Assembly: GCA_963663235.2 (NCBI GenBank)
Contig: CAXXNO010000011.1
Coordinates: 1-64,000 of the forward strand
Direction: 5' to 3'
DNA: 64,000 nucleotides
From: Dehalococcoidia bacterium
GTDB taxonomy: Bacteria; Chloroflexota; Dehalococcoidia; Bin125
Shown here: positions 20,210-30,931 of the stretch, piece by piece
Numbering within the stretch: position 1 is the stretch's first letter
Layout of the letters: every line of letters starts with the position of its first letter
Made by a program: the position numbers and the translations under genes
Notes under the pieces: generated by a model
Seen by the model: only the letters and a program-made list of their open reading frames with translations
What the model was told of the DNA's origin: nothing
The model's database searches: none

Positions 20210-20437
20210 GGTTGGCTCTCTTTCTCGGAATCGATCGTGCGGTCGTAGTGGTCAGAATAGCGCCGCACCGCATCCTTCGCCCCGTACAGTTCTTGGCCCG
20301 GGACCATCCATCGATTGTGCATGCTGCCGATTGTCACTCGGCCGGCGAGAGCGTGCCAAGCCTGCTTCATCCCGCCTGGCGCAAGTGACGTGCGGAGTGC
20401 ACGATCCCGGCGAGCGATCTGTGCGACACGTCCGGGC

Positions 20438-21274
20438 TCAGGCGCGGCCGCGGGCCCGCCAGTCCGCGACGAGCCCGGTGGAGTAGTCGGCGAGAGCGGC
20501 TTGGTACTCCCGTGTGCCATCGATCGAGTTGAGGAGCCAACCGCCGTCGACGACGATCGACTGCCCATTCATCCACTGGCTTTCCTTCGACGCGAGGAAG
20601 AGGGCGGCATTGGCGACGTCCAGGGCTTCGCCGGGACGGCGGTTCTGGAGGAATTGAAAGTAGTGCGCCTGGATGTGCGGATTCTGAAACATGGGGCCGG
20701 TCATCCCTGACACGATGGGCCCCGGCTGGATGGCGTTGACACGAATATCGTGCGCCGCGAGCGCGACGGCAGCGGACTTTGTGAGGTTCTTCACCGCGGC
20801 CTTGCTGGCGCTGTAGGCGGCGGCCGTCGCCGCGCCACATTCCGCCAACTGGCTCGAAGTATTGATAATCACGCCGCCGCCTTGCGCGACCATCTGGCGG
20901 GCCGCGATCTGGTCGCAGAGGAACACGCCGCGGAGATTCACGGCCAGCACCGATTCCCAAGCGGCGTCGGTCATCTCCAGGAACGGGATCACTTCCATGA
21001 TGCCCGCGTTGGCGAACATGACATCGAGTTTGCCAAACTGAGAAACTGTCTCGTCAACGAGCCGCTGGACATCGGCGCGCTGAGCGACGTCGCAGCGGAC
21101 CGCATGGGCCCGGCGCCCGGTCGCCTCGATGCGTTCTGCGGCCGCCTGCACGCCGGCCTCGTTGATATCGGCCACCACGACATCGGCGGCCTCCTGAGCG
21201 AAGCGCTCGGCGGTGGCAAGGCCGAAGCCGCTGGCCGCTCCGGTGATGACGGCTACCCGGCCCTGGAGTCGCAA
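20438..21274 (-). CDS. SDR family oxidoreductase
   Basis: TGAASGFG, NAG, YSASK; TTG start after GGAAGG. Confidence 0.92.
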   Translation of the reverse strand: MRLQGRVAVITGAASGFGLATAERFAQEAADVVVADINEAGVQAAAERIEATGRRAHAVRCDVAQRADVQRLVDETVSQFGKLDVMFANAGIMEVIPFLEMTDAAWESVLAVNLRGVFLCDQIAARQMVAQGGGVIINTSSQLAECGAATAAAYSASKAAVKNLTKSAAVALAAHDIRVNAIQPGPIVSGMTGPMFQNPHIQAHYFQFLQNRRPGEALDVANAALFLASKESQWMNGQSIVVDGGWLLNSIDGTREYQAALADYSTGLVADWRARGRA

Positions 21275-21364
21275 AGCCTGCCATCCTTCCCTCGGATACC
21301 GGCGTCTCGATCGTGGTCCGATCGCCGCGCAACAGGCGGCCACCGGGCAGCCGAACCGGAACGG

Positions 21365-22246
21365 CTAGCCCCGGCGCGGACTGCGCTGGGCGAAGTCATC
21401 CGCGATCTCTTCGAAGGTGCGGAATTGCACGCCGGGGTGGCGGGTCATGTACGAATACAGCCGCTCCAGCATGAGCAGCACCTGCGGGCGTCCCGAGACA
21501 TCGGGGTGAATGGTCATGGTGAAGACCGCGTAGTCGTATTCGCGGTAGACCCAATCGAACTGATCGCGCCACATCTCTTCGAGATGGCGCGGATTGACGA
21601 AGCCGTGGCTGTTGGGGGCCGCCTTGATGAACATCATCGGCGGCAGATCGTCGAGGTACCAGTTTCCTGGAATCTCGATCAGATCGGTCTCCTGGCCCCG
21701 GACCAGCGGTTTCATCCACTCGCTTGCGGACTTGGAGAAGTCGATGTTCGTCCAGCGATCACCGACGCGGGCGTAGTAGGGATGGACATCATCGTGGTGC
21801 AGACTGTGGTCGTACTTAATGCCCTTCTTCAGCAGCAGCTCGTTCGTGATCGGGCTGAACTCCCACCAGGGCGCCACGTAGCCACGGGGGCGGCTGCCGC
21901 TGAGTTCCTCGATCAACTCGATGCACTTGTCGAGGACGGCCTCTTCCTGCTCAGGGGTCATGGCGACCGGGTTCTCGTGCGAATAGCCGTGCAGGCCGAT
22001 CTCATGGCCCTGCTCGGCCACCGCGCGCATCTCGTCGGGAAAGGTCTCGATCGAGTGGCCGGGAATAAACCAGGTGGTCTTGATGCCAAACCGTTCGAAG
22101 AGTTGAAGGAGGCGTGGTGCTCCTACCTCGCCGGCGAAGACCCCGCGGGAGATGTCGGTGGGGGAGTCCTGGCCGCCGTAGGATCCCAACCAGCCGGCGA
22201 CGGCATCGACGTCGATTCCGAAGGCACAGAAGATCTCTTTGGCCAT
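21365..22246 (-). CDS. Polysaccharide deacetylase family protein (H. pylori PgdA / PuuE-like)
   Basis: [36 protein letters not shown]. Confidence 0.92.
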   Translation of the reverse strand: MAKEIFCAFGIDVDAVAGWLGSYGGQDSPTDISRGVFAGEVGAPRLLQLFERFGIKTTWFIPGHSIETFPDEMRAVAEQGHEIGLHGYSHENPVAMTPEQEEAVLDKCIELIEELSGSRPRGYVAPWWEFSPITNELLLKKGIKYDHSLHHDDVHPYYARVGDRWTNIDFSKSASEWMKPLVRGQETDLIEIPGNWYLDDLPPMMFIKAAPNSHGFVNPRHLEEMWRDQFDWVYREYDYAVFTMTIHPDVSGRPQVLLMLERLYSYMTRHPGVQFRTFEEIADDFAQRSPRRG

Positions 22247-22541
22247 GCTGCGTTCCTCCTTACGGTTCGTCCCGGCGCCCGGGGACCACTCGCCGTGGCG
22301 TGATGGGGATCCCCGCCACCTCCCGCTCGGCGGCGCACCGCCGCGCGACATTCTACAACCGCGGCATTCTACAACAAGGCATGCGCCCGCCGCGCCCCGC
22401 TGCGTGTCCACCCGAACCCGCCGCCGCGGAGCGTCCGCGGGCCGCTGAGTCGAAACTCACCCGCCCCTAGGCCGCCGCTCTCCGCGGACCACGGGCGGGG
22501 GCTATCCTCGTGCCGAAGACATTGCAGAAAGGGAGGACGGT

Positions 22542-23468
22542 GTGCGACTAGGATTCAGCCTGCCTCAGATCGGCGCTGCCGCCAGCCCGGAGGCGATCCG
22601 GACCGTAGCCACCCGGGCGGAAGAGATCGGCTATGACTCGCTATGGGTGTCGGAGCGCCTTCTCTATCCGATCGAGCCGAAAACTCCCTATCCAGGCTCG
22701 CCCGAAGACGGGATGCTCCCCTACCAGTACAAGCGAGTCTTGGACCCGATCGAGTCGCTGACCTACGCGGCGGCGCTGACTCAGCGCATCGCTATCGGTA
22801 CCAGCACGCTCAACATCCCGTATTACAACCCGGTGATGCTGGCTCGGCGGTTGACCACGCTCGATGTCTTGTCCGGTGGCCGCCTCCGGGTTTCGCTCGG
22901 TATCGCCTGGTCCGAAGATGAGTGCGACGCCGTGGGCGTGCCGATGCGTGAGCGTGGCCGGCGCGCTGATGAATTCTTGCGAGTCCTCAAAGCAATCTGG
23001 ACCACGGACCCGGTAGAGTTCCACGGGGAGTTTTACCACGTGCCGAAGTCCATCATTGAGCCCAAGCCCGTGCAGAAGCCGCACCCTCCGCTCTATATGG
23101 GCGCGTTCGTGCCACGCGCTTTCCAACGGATCGCCGCCCACTGCGACGGATGGAACCCCGTCTTCTTGCCGATTGATGACATGGAACGGATGTACGCGAC
23201 CATTCAATCGATGGCACAAGAAGCCGGGCGAGGCTCCTTCACACCAGCGTTGGTGGTGCGTGCCAACGGCGCCATCACTGAGCAACCGCAGGGGGACGGA
23301 CGGCGCGCGTTCACCGGCTCACCCCAGGAGATCGCCGCAGACTTCGAGGCGATCCGGAGGCTGCAGCCGACCGAACTGTTTTTCGACCCCACGCAATCAC
23401 CCGGCATCGATACGGTCGACGATATTCTGGATCAGATGCGACGATTCTGGGAGATCGCCCACGCCTAG
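22542..23468 (+). CDS. LLM class F420-dependent oxidoreductase
   Basis: AEEIGYDSLWVSE, LDVLSGGRL, PKPVQKPHPP. Confidence 0.9.
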   Translation: MRLGFSLPQIGAAASPEAIRTVATRAEEIGYDSLWVSERLLYPIEPKTPYPGSPEDGMLPYQYKRVLDPIESLTYAAALTQRIAIGTSTLNIPYYNPVMLARRLTTLDVLSGGRLRVSLGIAWSEDECDAVGVPMRERGRRADEFLRVLKAIWTTDPVEFHGEFYHVPKSIIEPKPVQKPHPPLYMGAFVPRAFQRIAAHCDGWNPVFLPIDDMERMYATIQSMAQEAGRGSFTPALVVRANGAITEQPQGDGRRAFTGSPQEIAADFEAIRRLQPTELFFDPTQSPGIDTVDDILDQMRRFWEIAHA

Positions 23469-23560
23469 GGATTGCGCCTTGAGGACAGGGGATGCATATG
23501 GGCCCCGACTTCCCCGCTGGAAGATCGCGGGTCCGAGCCCGGGCATCCCTCCCGGCCCCG

Positions 23561-24340
23561 TCAGATCCTCGGGTCCGCCAGGAACCCGCCGTCGGCGACG
23601 ATCGTTTGCCCTGTGATCCAGTCGGAGAGATCGCTGGCCAGCCAGAGTACGCTCTTGGCAATGTCCTCAGGCAACCCGGCGCGCGGAGTGGGTTGTGCTT
23701 TGGCGAACAGCGCCAACTGCTCCTCGTGTGTGGGGGCCTGCAGAGTCGGATGCGCGAAGGCTTGTGGGGTCGCGGTGATGCCGGGCACGAGGGCGTTCAC
23801 GCGGATGTGCTGGTCCGCATACTCCACCGCCGCCGTGCGCGTGAGCCCAAGGATGCCTGCCTTGCTGGCGCAGTATATCGCGCCCAGCTTCCAGCCCTGG
23901 AAGGCGGCGGGCGACGCGGCCGAGATGATGGAGCCCCCGCCGCGCTCAATCATGCGCGGGATCGCGTGGCGCATGCCGAGGAACGTCCCGCGCAGGTTGA
24001 CGTCGAGGACGGTCTCGTACTCCTCGTCGGTCACGTCGGCCACGTAGGCGTTGCGCCAGAAGATCCCGGCGTTGTTAAACATGACGTCGAGACCGCCCCA
24101 GCGGTCCACGGCGGCGTCAACGAGCGCCTTGACGTCCGCGTCACGTCTGACGTCGGTATGCCGGTACACCACGTCACCCCCATCGCGGGCGATGCCGTCT
24201 GCGACAGCCTGCGCCTCCTTGTCCTGGATGTCCCCCAACGCCACGCGCGCGCCTTCGCGAGCGAACAGCTGCGCCGTCGCGGCACCGATGCCGGTGGCGG
24301 TCCCGGTGATCACGGCAATTTGTCCGTCGAGCATCCCCAT
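23561..24340 (-). CDS. SDR family oxidoreductase
   Basis: TGTATGIG, NNAG, YCASK. Confidence 0.93.
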   Translation of the reverse strand: MGMLDGQIAVITGTATGIGAATAQLFAREGARVALGDIQDKEAQAVADGIARDGGDVVYRHTDVRRDADVKALVDAAVDRWGGLDVMFNNAGIFWRNAYVADVTDEEYETVLDVNLRGTFLGMRHAIPRMIERGGGSIISAASPAAFQGWKLGAIYCASKAGILGLTRTAAVEYADQHIRVNALVPGITATPQAFAHPTLQAPTHEEQLALFAKAQPTPRAGLPEDIAKSVLWLASDLSDWITGQTIVADGGFLADPRI

Positions 24341-24466
24341 GCGGTCATCCTCTCTGCGCGCCGGGCCGGTGGGCCTGGAAATCTAACAGGGCAAGAGCGT
24401 GTCCTCTAGGGCGCGCATGCGCGACGCGAACGGCGCCGTCTCTTGGGCTGCCGCGGCGGGCGCCGG

Positions 24467-24904
24467 CTACTCGTCGAGGAAATATGTCGTGCCGTACTTG
24501 CGTCCGATCTCCGTGATCTGTTCCGGATGCGCAGCGAGTTCGCGAAAGAGTCCCTCGATCCCCGCCGGGGCAAACCAAAAGAGCAGTTCGGCATCGCAAT
24601 CCGAGGCGTTGTAGAAGCGATGTTTGGCGCCCTTGGGCACGTTCAGAAAGGTGCCAGAAGAGACGGCGATCTCGGTCGTTCCCACGAGAAACACCAAACT
24701 CCCTTGAATCACATAGAAGGCTTCCTCTTCGCGCGTGTGGATGTGCGCCGGGGGGCCACCACCCGGCGGTACGACGGCATGGGTGAGGAAGTACGCGTCG
24801 TCGGTTTCGGCGCCCGTGGCGAGGGTGGCGTAGATATCTCCGCCCGCAAGCGTGGGGATCGGGTCGCGATCCGCGGGCCGGACAACGATGAGCGGCCGAT
24901 CCAC
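24467..24904 (-). CDS. Cupin domain protein
   Basis: PPAHIHTREEEAFYV...PKGAKH. Confidence 0.9.
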   Translation of the reverse strand: MDRPLIVVRPADRDPIPTLAGGDIYATLATGAETDDAYFLTHAVVPPGGGPPAHIHTREEEAFYVIQGSLVFLVGTTEIAVSSGTFLNVPKGAKHRFYNASDCDAELLFWFAPAGIEGLFRELAAHPEQITEIGRKYGTTYFLDE

Positions 24905-25110
24905 CGTGCACCTCCTCGCATGCGCATCACCAGGACGTGTGGAGTCTAGCAGCGCTTAATTGCCGAGTAATCGCGCCGCCGGATCGAACGCCTGGAGTGC
25001 TTCCACATTCCATGCGGCCGGCATACCTCCGCCGATCGGGTTCCGAGCCGAGTTCCGACCAGCCGAGACCGGAACGGATCTATGTTGGAGCCCCCACAGA
25101 GCGACGGTCG

Positions 25111-25557
25111 CTACGCGTCGGCGTCCGGCACCATGCGGAGATGCGGCGGTGGCTCCGGCGGCAGCGTCCAGTAGATGTACGGGTAGCCCAACGACTGATG
25201 CAGCGCGTTGGCCGCGTCGGTAGCGGCATGGTAGGCGGGTTCGAAGGCCGCCCAGTCTTGCCGTTTCGTCAACTCTGTGAGTGGCCGAATGTGCTCCGCT
25301 TCGAACTGGTCCAGCCACGGCTTCATTTTGGGGCGCGTCTTGCCACCGTACTCGTGCAGCTTCCGGATGTTGTTCAGCATGTAGGTGGCCAGAGGCCAGT
25401 TGCCGCCTTGGGCCGCGTAGTAGCAGGCCCAGAAGCGATCGCTGTACTCGCGCATCAGGCGGGCCAGCCCCATCTGCATCGAGGCAACGTCATCCAGGGA
25501 GAGTTCGCCGTGGCGCGTGCGCCCTATCAGCGCGCCATCGCCATCCGCCTCGGTCAT
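25111..25557 (-). CDS. Hypothetical helical protein
   Basis: Protein-like ORF with GNWPLA motif; start MTEADG. Confidence 0.65.
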   Translation of the reverse strand: MTEADGDGALIGRTRHGELSLDDVASMQMGLARLMREYSDRFWACYYAAQGGNWPLATYMLNNIRKLHEYGGKTRPKMKPWLDQFEAEHIRPLTELTKRQDWAAFEPAYHAATDAANALHQSLGYPYIYWTLPPEPPPHLRMVPDADA

Positions 25558-25793
25558 CCCGGCACCCTCCACCTACCCTCGCGTCGGCGCGAGCAAGCCC
25601 TCGATGCGCCTGTGTCCTGCCAGCATCGCCCGCACGACGCACCGTGGCAACCTCGCACGGGCGGCGGGCAGCCCCTATCCTGTCGGCTGTTCCCACGTCG
25701 CGTCGGCGCTCCACCGAACGTCCCGGGAGGTCCCGCGGGTCGCGGAGTGCCGTGGTATAGACTTGGCGCACTTTCGCCGACGGAGGTCGAGTC

Positions 25794-27173
25794 ATGGTCA
25801 CAGTCCCCGATTCACCGCACGCCAAGGATATCGAGTCCCTGCTGCACCCGATGTCCAACATCATCCAGTTGGAGGAGGAAGGACCCCTCATCCTGGAAGA
25901 AGGCCAGGGCGTCTTCGTCCGGGACATCGAGGGCAACGAGTACCTCGAAGGGATGGCGGGGCTGTGGTCGACGTCGCTCGGGTTCAACAACGAGCGGCTG
26001 GTCCAGGCCGCGTTGGCCCAGATGCAAAAGCTTCCGACGTATCACACGTTCTTGGGGCGCTCGAACCTGCCCGCCATCGAACTCGCCGACCGTCTCTTGA
26101 AGCTCGTGCCGGTACCCATGTCGAAGGTGTGGTTCGCCAACTCGGGCTCCGAGGCGAACGACCACATGATGAAGTTCGTCTGGTATTACAACAACGCCCG
26201 GGGCAAGCCCGAGAAGAAGAAGATCATTGCCCGCGACGGCGGCTATCACGGCATCGCGATCTCATCGGGCAGTCTGACCGGGCTACCGCTGATGCACCGG
26301 GGGTTTGACCTCCCAATCGCGAACGTCCTCCACACCGGGAGCCCTCACCACTATCGTCATGCCGAGCCCGGCGAATCGGAAGAGGATTTCGCGACCCGGC
26401 GCGCGGCGGAGCTGGAGCAGCTCATTCTTGACGAGGGGCCGGACACGGTGGCGGCGTTCGTCGCCGAGCCGATCCTCGGCGCGGGCGGCGCGGTGCTCCC
26501 GCCGCGCACCTACTTCGAGAAGATTCAGGCGGTAATCGAGAAGTACGACGTGCTGATGGTGGCCGACGAGGTCATCACCGGCTTTCACCGCACCGGCAAT
26601 ACCTTCGCCAGCGAGACCTACGGCATCAAGCCCGACATCATGGTGGTGGCCAAGGCGCTCTCCTCCGCCTACATGCCGATCTCCGCCGTCATCATCAACG
26701 ACAAGGTGTACGGCCCGATCCGCGAATTCAGCAATGAGAACACGATGTTCGCCACCGGCTTCACCTACTCAGGCCATCCCGTGGCGGCAGCCGTGGCGGT
26801 GGAAACGCTCAAGATCTACGACGACCTCGACATCGGAAGTCACGTGCGCAAGGTCTCGGTCCTGGCGCAGTCACGCTTGGAGGCGCTCGCCGACCACCCG
26901 CTGGTTGGTGAGGCGAAGGGCGTTGGCCTGATCGGCGGCCTGGAGCTGGTCAAGGACAAGTCCACCAAGGAGAACTTCGGTCCCGAGGTGGCGACGTTCT
27001 GCGGTGACGCCTGCCTGCGCCACGGCATTATCCTGAGGCCTTGCGCGGGCAGGCGCATGGCGTTCTGCCCGCCGCTCATCATCGAGGAGCCCGAGATCGA
27101 AATGCTGTTCGATGGTTTTGAGAAGGCCCTCGACGATACCCTTGCGCACGTGCGCGCCAGCGGCTTGATGTAG
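25794..27173 (+). CDS. Class III aminotransferase (omega-amino acid transaminase-like)
   Basis: GMAGLW, SGSEAND, YHG, ADEVITGFHRTG, AKALSS, FTYSGHP. Confidence 0.95.
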   Translation: MVTVPDSPHAKDIESLLHPMSNIIQLEEEGPLILEEGQGVFVRDIEGNEYLEGMAGLWSTSLGFNNERLVQAALAQMQKLPTYHTFLGRSNLPAIELADRLLKLVPVPMSKVWFANSGSEANDHMMKFVWYYNNARGKPEKKKIIARDGGYHGIAISSGSLTGLPLMHRGFDLPIANVLHTGSPHHYRHAEPGESEEDFATRRAAELEQLILDEGPDTVAAFVAEPILGAGGAVLPPRTYFEKIQAVIEKYDVLMVADEVITGFHRTGNTFASETYGIKPDIMVVAKALSSAYMPISAVIINDKVYGPIREFSNENTMFATGFTYSGHPVAAAVAVETLKIYDDLDIGSHVRKVSVLAQSRLEALADHPLVGEAKGVGLIGGLELVKDKSTKENFGPEVATFCGDACLRHGIILRPCAGRRMAFCPPLIIEEPEIEMLFDGFEKALDDTLAHVRASGLM

Positions 27174-27413
27174 CCGCCTGGAGTGGCCGCATATTCCATC
27201 CGCCGGCCCGCGGGTCCCGAATCGCGGTCGTGAGAGGCTCGAACCGCACGACCTGGCCGAGTTCGGCACGCGGATGGAGGTTTGAGCCACCACAGGTGCG
27301 CGGGGCGGGCTCGCCCGGCTCGACGAAGTCGTTGCGGCCAAGCAGGGGCCGCTCTCGCGCCTTGTGCCGACCTGCCCCGCGCCGCTCCGGCGACCGCGCG
27401 GGGAATGACTGTG

Positions 27414-27804
27414 ATGCGCCTGCGCGCCTATCTGATCACAATGGTCATCGCCGGCGCGGTGGCCGCCCCGCTCTTCGGCATCGTGCGTAGCGACAGCTTC
27501 CCTATCTCCACCTATCCCATGTTCGCCAGCGCGCGCACATCAGAAGTCGCCATCTCCCACGCGCTCGCCGTGCGCACCGACGGCGAGCGGCGTCCGTTGC
27601 CACCATCGGCGGTGGCGAACGCGGAAGTCATTCAGGCCTTTGAGACGGTGCGGCAGGCTCTCCGCCAAGGGCCCGAGGCGACGCAGGCCCTCTGCAACCG
27701 CATCGCGGCGGGCCTCGCTCACTCGGGCGGACAGAGGGGGACGAAGCGGGTGGAGATCGTGACGGACCGCTTCGACGCGGTCTCGTACTTCAAAGGCGAC
27801 ACCC
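27414..27804 (+). pseudogene. Membrane-anchored hypothetical protein, C-terminus cut by IS3 insertion
   Basis: TM segment then DSFPISTYPMFA; frame runs into the IS3 left end at 27805. Confidence 0.6.
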
Positions 27805-29046
27805 TGACCTGCCCCCCCAGAACCGGTCCAGATCCTGTGCGAGGATTCGGGCCGGTGCGAAGGGAGTCGGCATGGCACGCAAGCGGTACGCGGCCGAGGA
27901 GATCATCGGCCACCTGCGGGAGGCGGAGGGGGTGCTCGCGCCGGGGGAATCGGTCGCGCCGGTCGCGCGCCGCCTCGGCGTGGCCGAGCCAACGTATTAC
28001 CGCGGGCGGCGGGAGGACGGGGGGCTGCGGGTCGACCCGGCCAAGCGGCTGAAAGAACGGGAGCGCGAGAACAGTCGGCTGAAGCGGGTGGTGGCCGATC
28101 AGGCGCGGGCCAACGCGATGGTGCGGGACGTCGCAGCGGGAAACTTCTGAGCCCGGCCAAGCGGCGCCGGGCGACATCCTACCGCACGGACCCGTACGCG
28201 GTGTCGGAGCGGCGGGCCTGCCCGGTCACCGGCCAGGCGCGGGCGACCCAGCGCGACGTGCCCCGGCCGTCCCCGGATGCGCCGGCGCTGATCGCGCGCA
28301 GCGTCGCGCTGGCCCCCCGCTGCGGCCGCTACGGCTCCCGTCGCATCCCGGCCCGGCTGCGCCAGGCGGGCTGGCGGGTGAACCCCAAGCGGGTCGAGCG
28401 GCGCTGGCGTCAGGAAGGCTGGCGGGTCCCCGGGAAGCACCCCCAACGGGGCCGCCGCTGGCTCGCGGCCGGCTCGCTGGTGCGGCGGCGGGCCGAGCGG
28501 CCGTCCCACGTCTGGTCCGACGCCTTCGTCTTCGACCGCACCGCCGATGGGCGCCCGGTGCGGATCCTCGCCCTCGTGGATGAGGACCACCCGCGAGGGC
28601 CTGCGTCTCGACGTCGCCCGCCGACGGCGCCGCGACGTCGGCCTGGCGCGGTTGGCCCAGCTGTTCGTCGAGCGCGGGCCGCCGACGTTTCTGCGGTCCG
28701 CCAACGGCCCGGCGTGCACCGCCACCGCGGTGCGGGACTGGCTGCACCGGGTCGGGGGCACGACCCGCTTCATCGAACCGGGCAGGCCTTGGGCGAACGG
28801 CTCTGGGGAATCGTTCAACGGCAAGCTGCGCGACGCGTGCCTCAATCGCGAGCGCTTCGACACCCTGCTGGAAGCCCAGATCCTCATCGCGGGCTGGCGG
28901 CGGGAGGACAACCCGATCCGCCCCCACCGTGCCCTCGGCTCCCGCCCCCCCGCCCCGGAAACGCAGCAACCCCGGGAACGTCCCATGACGCGCGTCCCGG
29001 CGATCGGACTCACTTAACGACTGGTACAACGATCGGGGGCAGGTCA
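27805..29046 (+). mobile_element. IS3-family element, hypermutated and inactive
   Basis: TIRs TGACCTGCCCCC / GGGGGCAGGTCA; orfA 27872..28150; GGGAAAC slippery site 28138-28144; orfB with +1 frameshift near 28587 and mutated DDE motifs. Confidence 0.93.
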
Positions 29047-29343
29047 CTGGAGGAGCAGCGCGGCGACGTCGCGGAAGCGGAGCGTGTACCGGAGACGCCA
29101 GAGTACGGCGAGCAGGACGATATCCGTCGGGTACTGGAGATCGTTGACCGGGGCGCCGGTCCGCTCGTTGAAGGTCCTCCGGCAGGCGCGGCACGCGGAG
29201 GTGCGGTAGCCGAGGGCGGTGCGCCGCCGCCGTCGGCTGGTCTCTCCGGAGCCCCAGTGGGGACAGTCCACAAGCAGTCCTCCCCAGGTCGCTGGTGAGC
29301 GCGACGCTAGCAGAGGACCCGTGGTCTGAGATCTGACGGAACC
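29047..29343 (-). mobile_element. IS6-family 5' fragment truncated by IS3
   Basis: TIR GGTTCCGTCAGATCT at the right end; RTALGY...FNERTG...NDLQYPTDIVLLAVLWRLRY. Confidence 0.88.
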
Positions 29344-29375
29344 CGCCTGCCGGTTCTCAGGATGGGAACGGGGTC

Positions 29376-30269
29376 GTGAGCAGCCAAACGCAAGCATACC
29401 TGTACGCGGGAGGTGCGGTTCTCCTGTGGGCGACCGCCGCGTCGGCGTTCAAGGTGTCGCTGCGCTACGTCGAAGCGCCGCACATGCTGCTCTACGCGAC
29501 GATCGTATCGACGCTGGTGCTGCTCGCCGTCGCGGCCTGGCAGCGCAAGCTGGGGCAGGCGCTGATCGGTTCGCCCAAGCAGTATCTGCGGTCGGCGGCG
29601 CTCGGCCTCCTCAACCCGTTCCTCTACTACCTCGTGCTGTTCGAGGCTTACGACCGTCTGCCCGCCCAAGAGGCGCAGCCGCTCAACTATGCCTGGCCCA
29701 TGGTGATCGTGATCCTCTCGGTGCCGCTGCTCAAGCAGCCCCTGGGCAGGATCTCCCTGGCCGCGATCGCGGTGAGCTTCTGCGGCGTGCTCGTGATCGC
29801 GACGCGCGGCGACCTGCTGGCCTTTCGCGTGAGCGATCCGGTCGGCACGGCCCTGGCGGTCGGCAGCGCCTTCATTTGGGCCACGTTCTGGCTGACCAAT
29901 GTCCGGGACGACCGCGATGCCGTCGTCAAGCTGCTGCTGAACTTCGCCTTCGGATTGGTGTTCGTTCTCGCCGCGGCCTTCGCCCTGGCCGGCCCGCCGC
30001 CTCTGGACCTGCGCGGCATCGGAGGATCGGCGTACGTCGGCGTCTTCGAGATGGGCCTGACCTTCGTCCTCTGGATGCGCGCCCTCTCGCTCTCGCGGAC
30101 GACCGCGCAGGTCAGCAACCTCGTCTACCTATCGCCGTTCCTCTCGCTCATCCTCATCAACATCATCGTGGGGGAGGCGATCCGGCCGTCCTCGGTGATC
30201 GGTCTGCTGCTCATCATCGGTGGAATCGCCATCCGCCGCTTCGATCGGACCGCGCCGCGACCGGTCTGA
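29376..30269 (+). CDS. DMT/EamA family transporter
   Basis: About 10 hydrophobic segments; LNYAWP, LVYLSPFLS. Confidence 0.9.
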   Translation: MSSQTQAYLYAGGAVLLWATAASAFKVSLRYVEAPHMLLYATIVSTLVLLAVAAWQRKLGQALIGSPKQYLRSAALGLLNPFLYYLVLFEAYDRLPAQEAQPLNYAWPMVIVILSVPLLKQPLGRISLAAIAVSFCGVLVIATRGDLLAFRVSDPVGTALAVGSAFIWATFWLTNVRDDRDAVVKLLLNFAFGLVFVLAAAFALAGPPPLDLRGIGGSAYVGVFEMGLTFVLWMRALSLSRTTAQVSNLVYLSPFLSLILINIIVGEAIRPSSVIGLLLIIGGIAIRRFDRTAPRPV

Positions 30270-30579
30270 AGCACCGCTTCTTCCGACCCGGCCCGAACCA
30301 CCTTCATCGGTAGCGCGCCCTCACCAGCGCTCGCCTCACAACGCAATGGCGGGCCCACGCGTACTGCATTGCGATCTTTCGCACTGGTCGTGACGCGGTA
30401 GGTCTCTCTGCCCCCGGCACCGTCGCAGGCGGGGCGGTCCCCAAGAAGCGACGACCGTCTGGTGATCGCGGCCACGCGCACGAGCAGCGTGGGTGCTTAC
30501 GGCGCCGTTTTCGAACTCAGAGTGCTCCTCGCACTGATCGCAGTCGCGGCTGGGGTTCGCTCTCCGACGGAGGCCGGTA

Positions 30580-30930
30580 TCAGTGGGTGTCGAAGTCGTT
30601 GTACTTGGGGCACGTGCCCAGCTCGAGGATGGCGTAGATCTCGAAGAGGGTCTGTTCCAGTTGGTCCTTGATTGGAACCGCCCGGAAGGTCATCGCTCGC
30701 ACTCGCTTCCTCTGCTCGCCGAACTCCGCGCTGTGAGCCTTCTCGATGTCCTTGGCGGCGCCTCCCGGGTCGCCCAGCTCCTTTCGCAGCAGCTTGAAGG
30801 CGAAGGTCGCGGAATGTCTGCCTGAACTATCCGCCCCATGCTCTCGGATCCGGTCCCGCATCCTGTTGGAGCGGCCTACATAGATGGGTCCCCCTCTCTT
30901 GTAGAAAACGTACACGCCCTGTTCCGGGGC
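30580..30930 (-). pseudogene. GIY-YIG nuclease family protein, 5' end cut by IS insertion
   Basis: GVYVFY...IYVGRS...RIREH motif; IS TIR begins at about 30932. Confidence 0.75.
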
Positions 30931-30931
30931 C

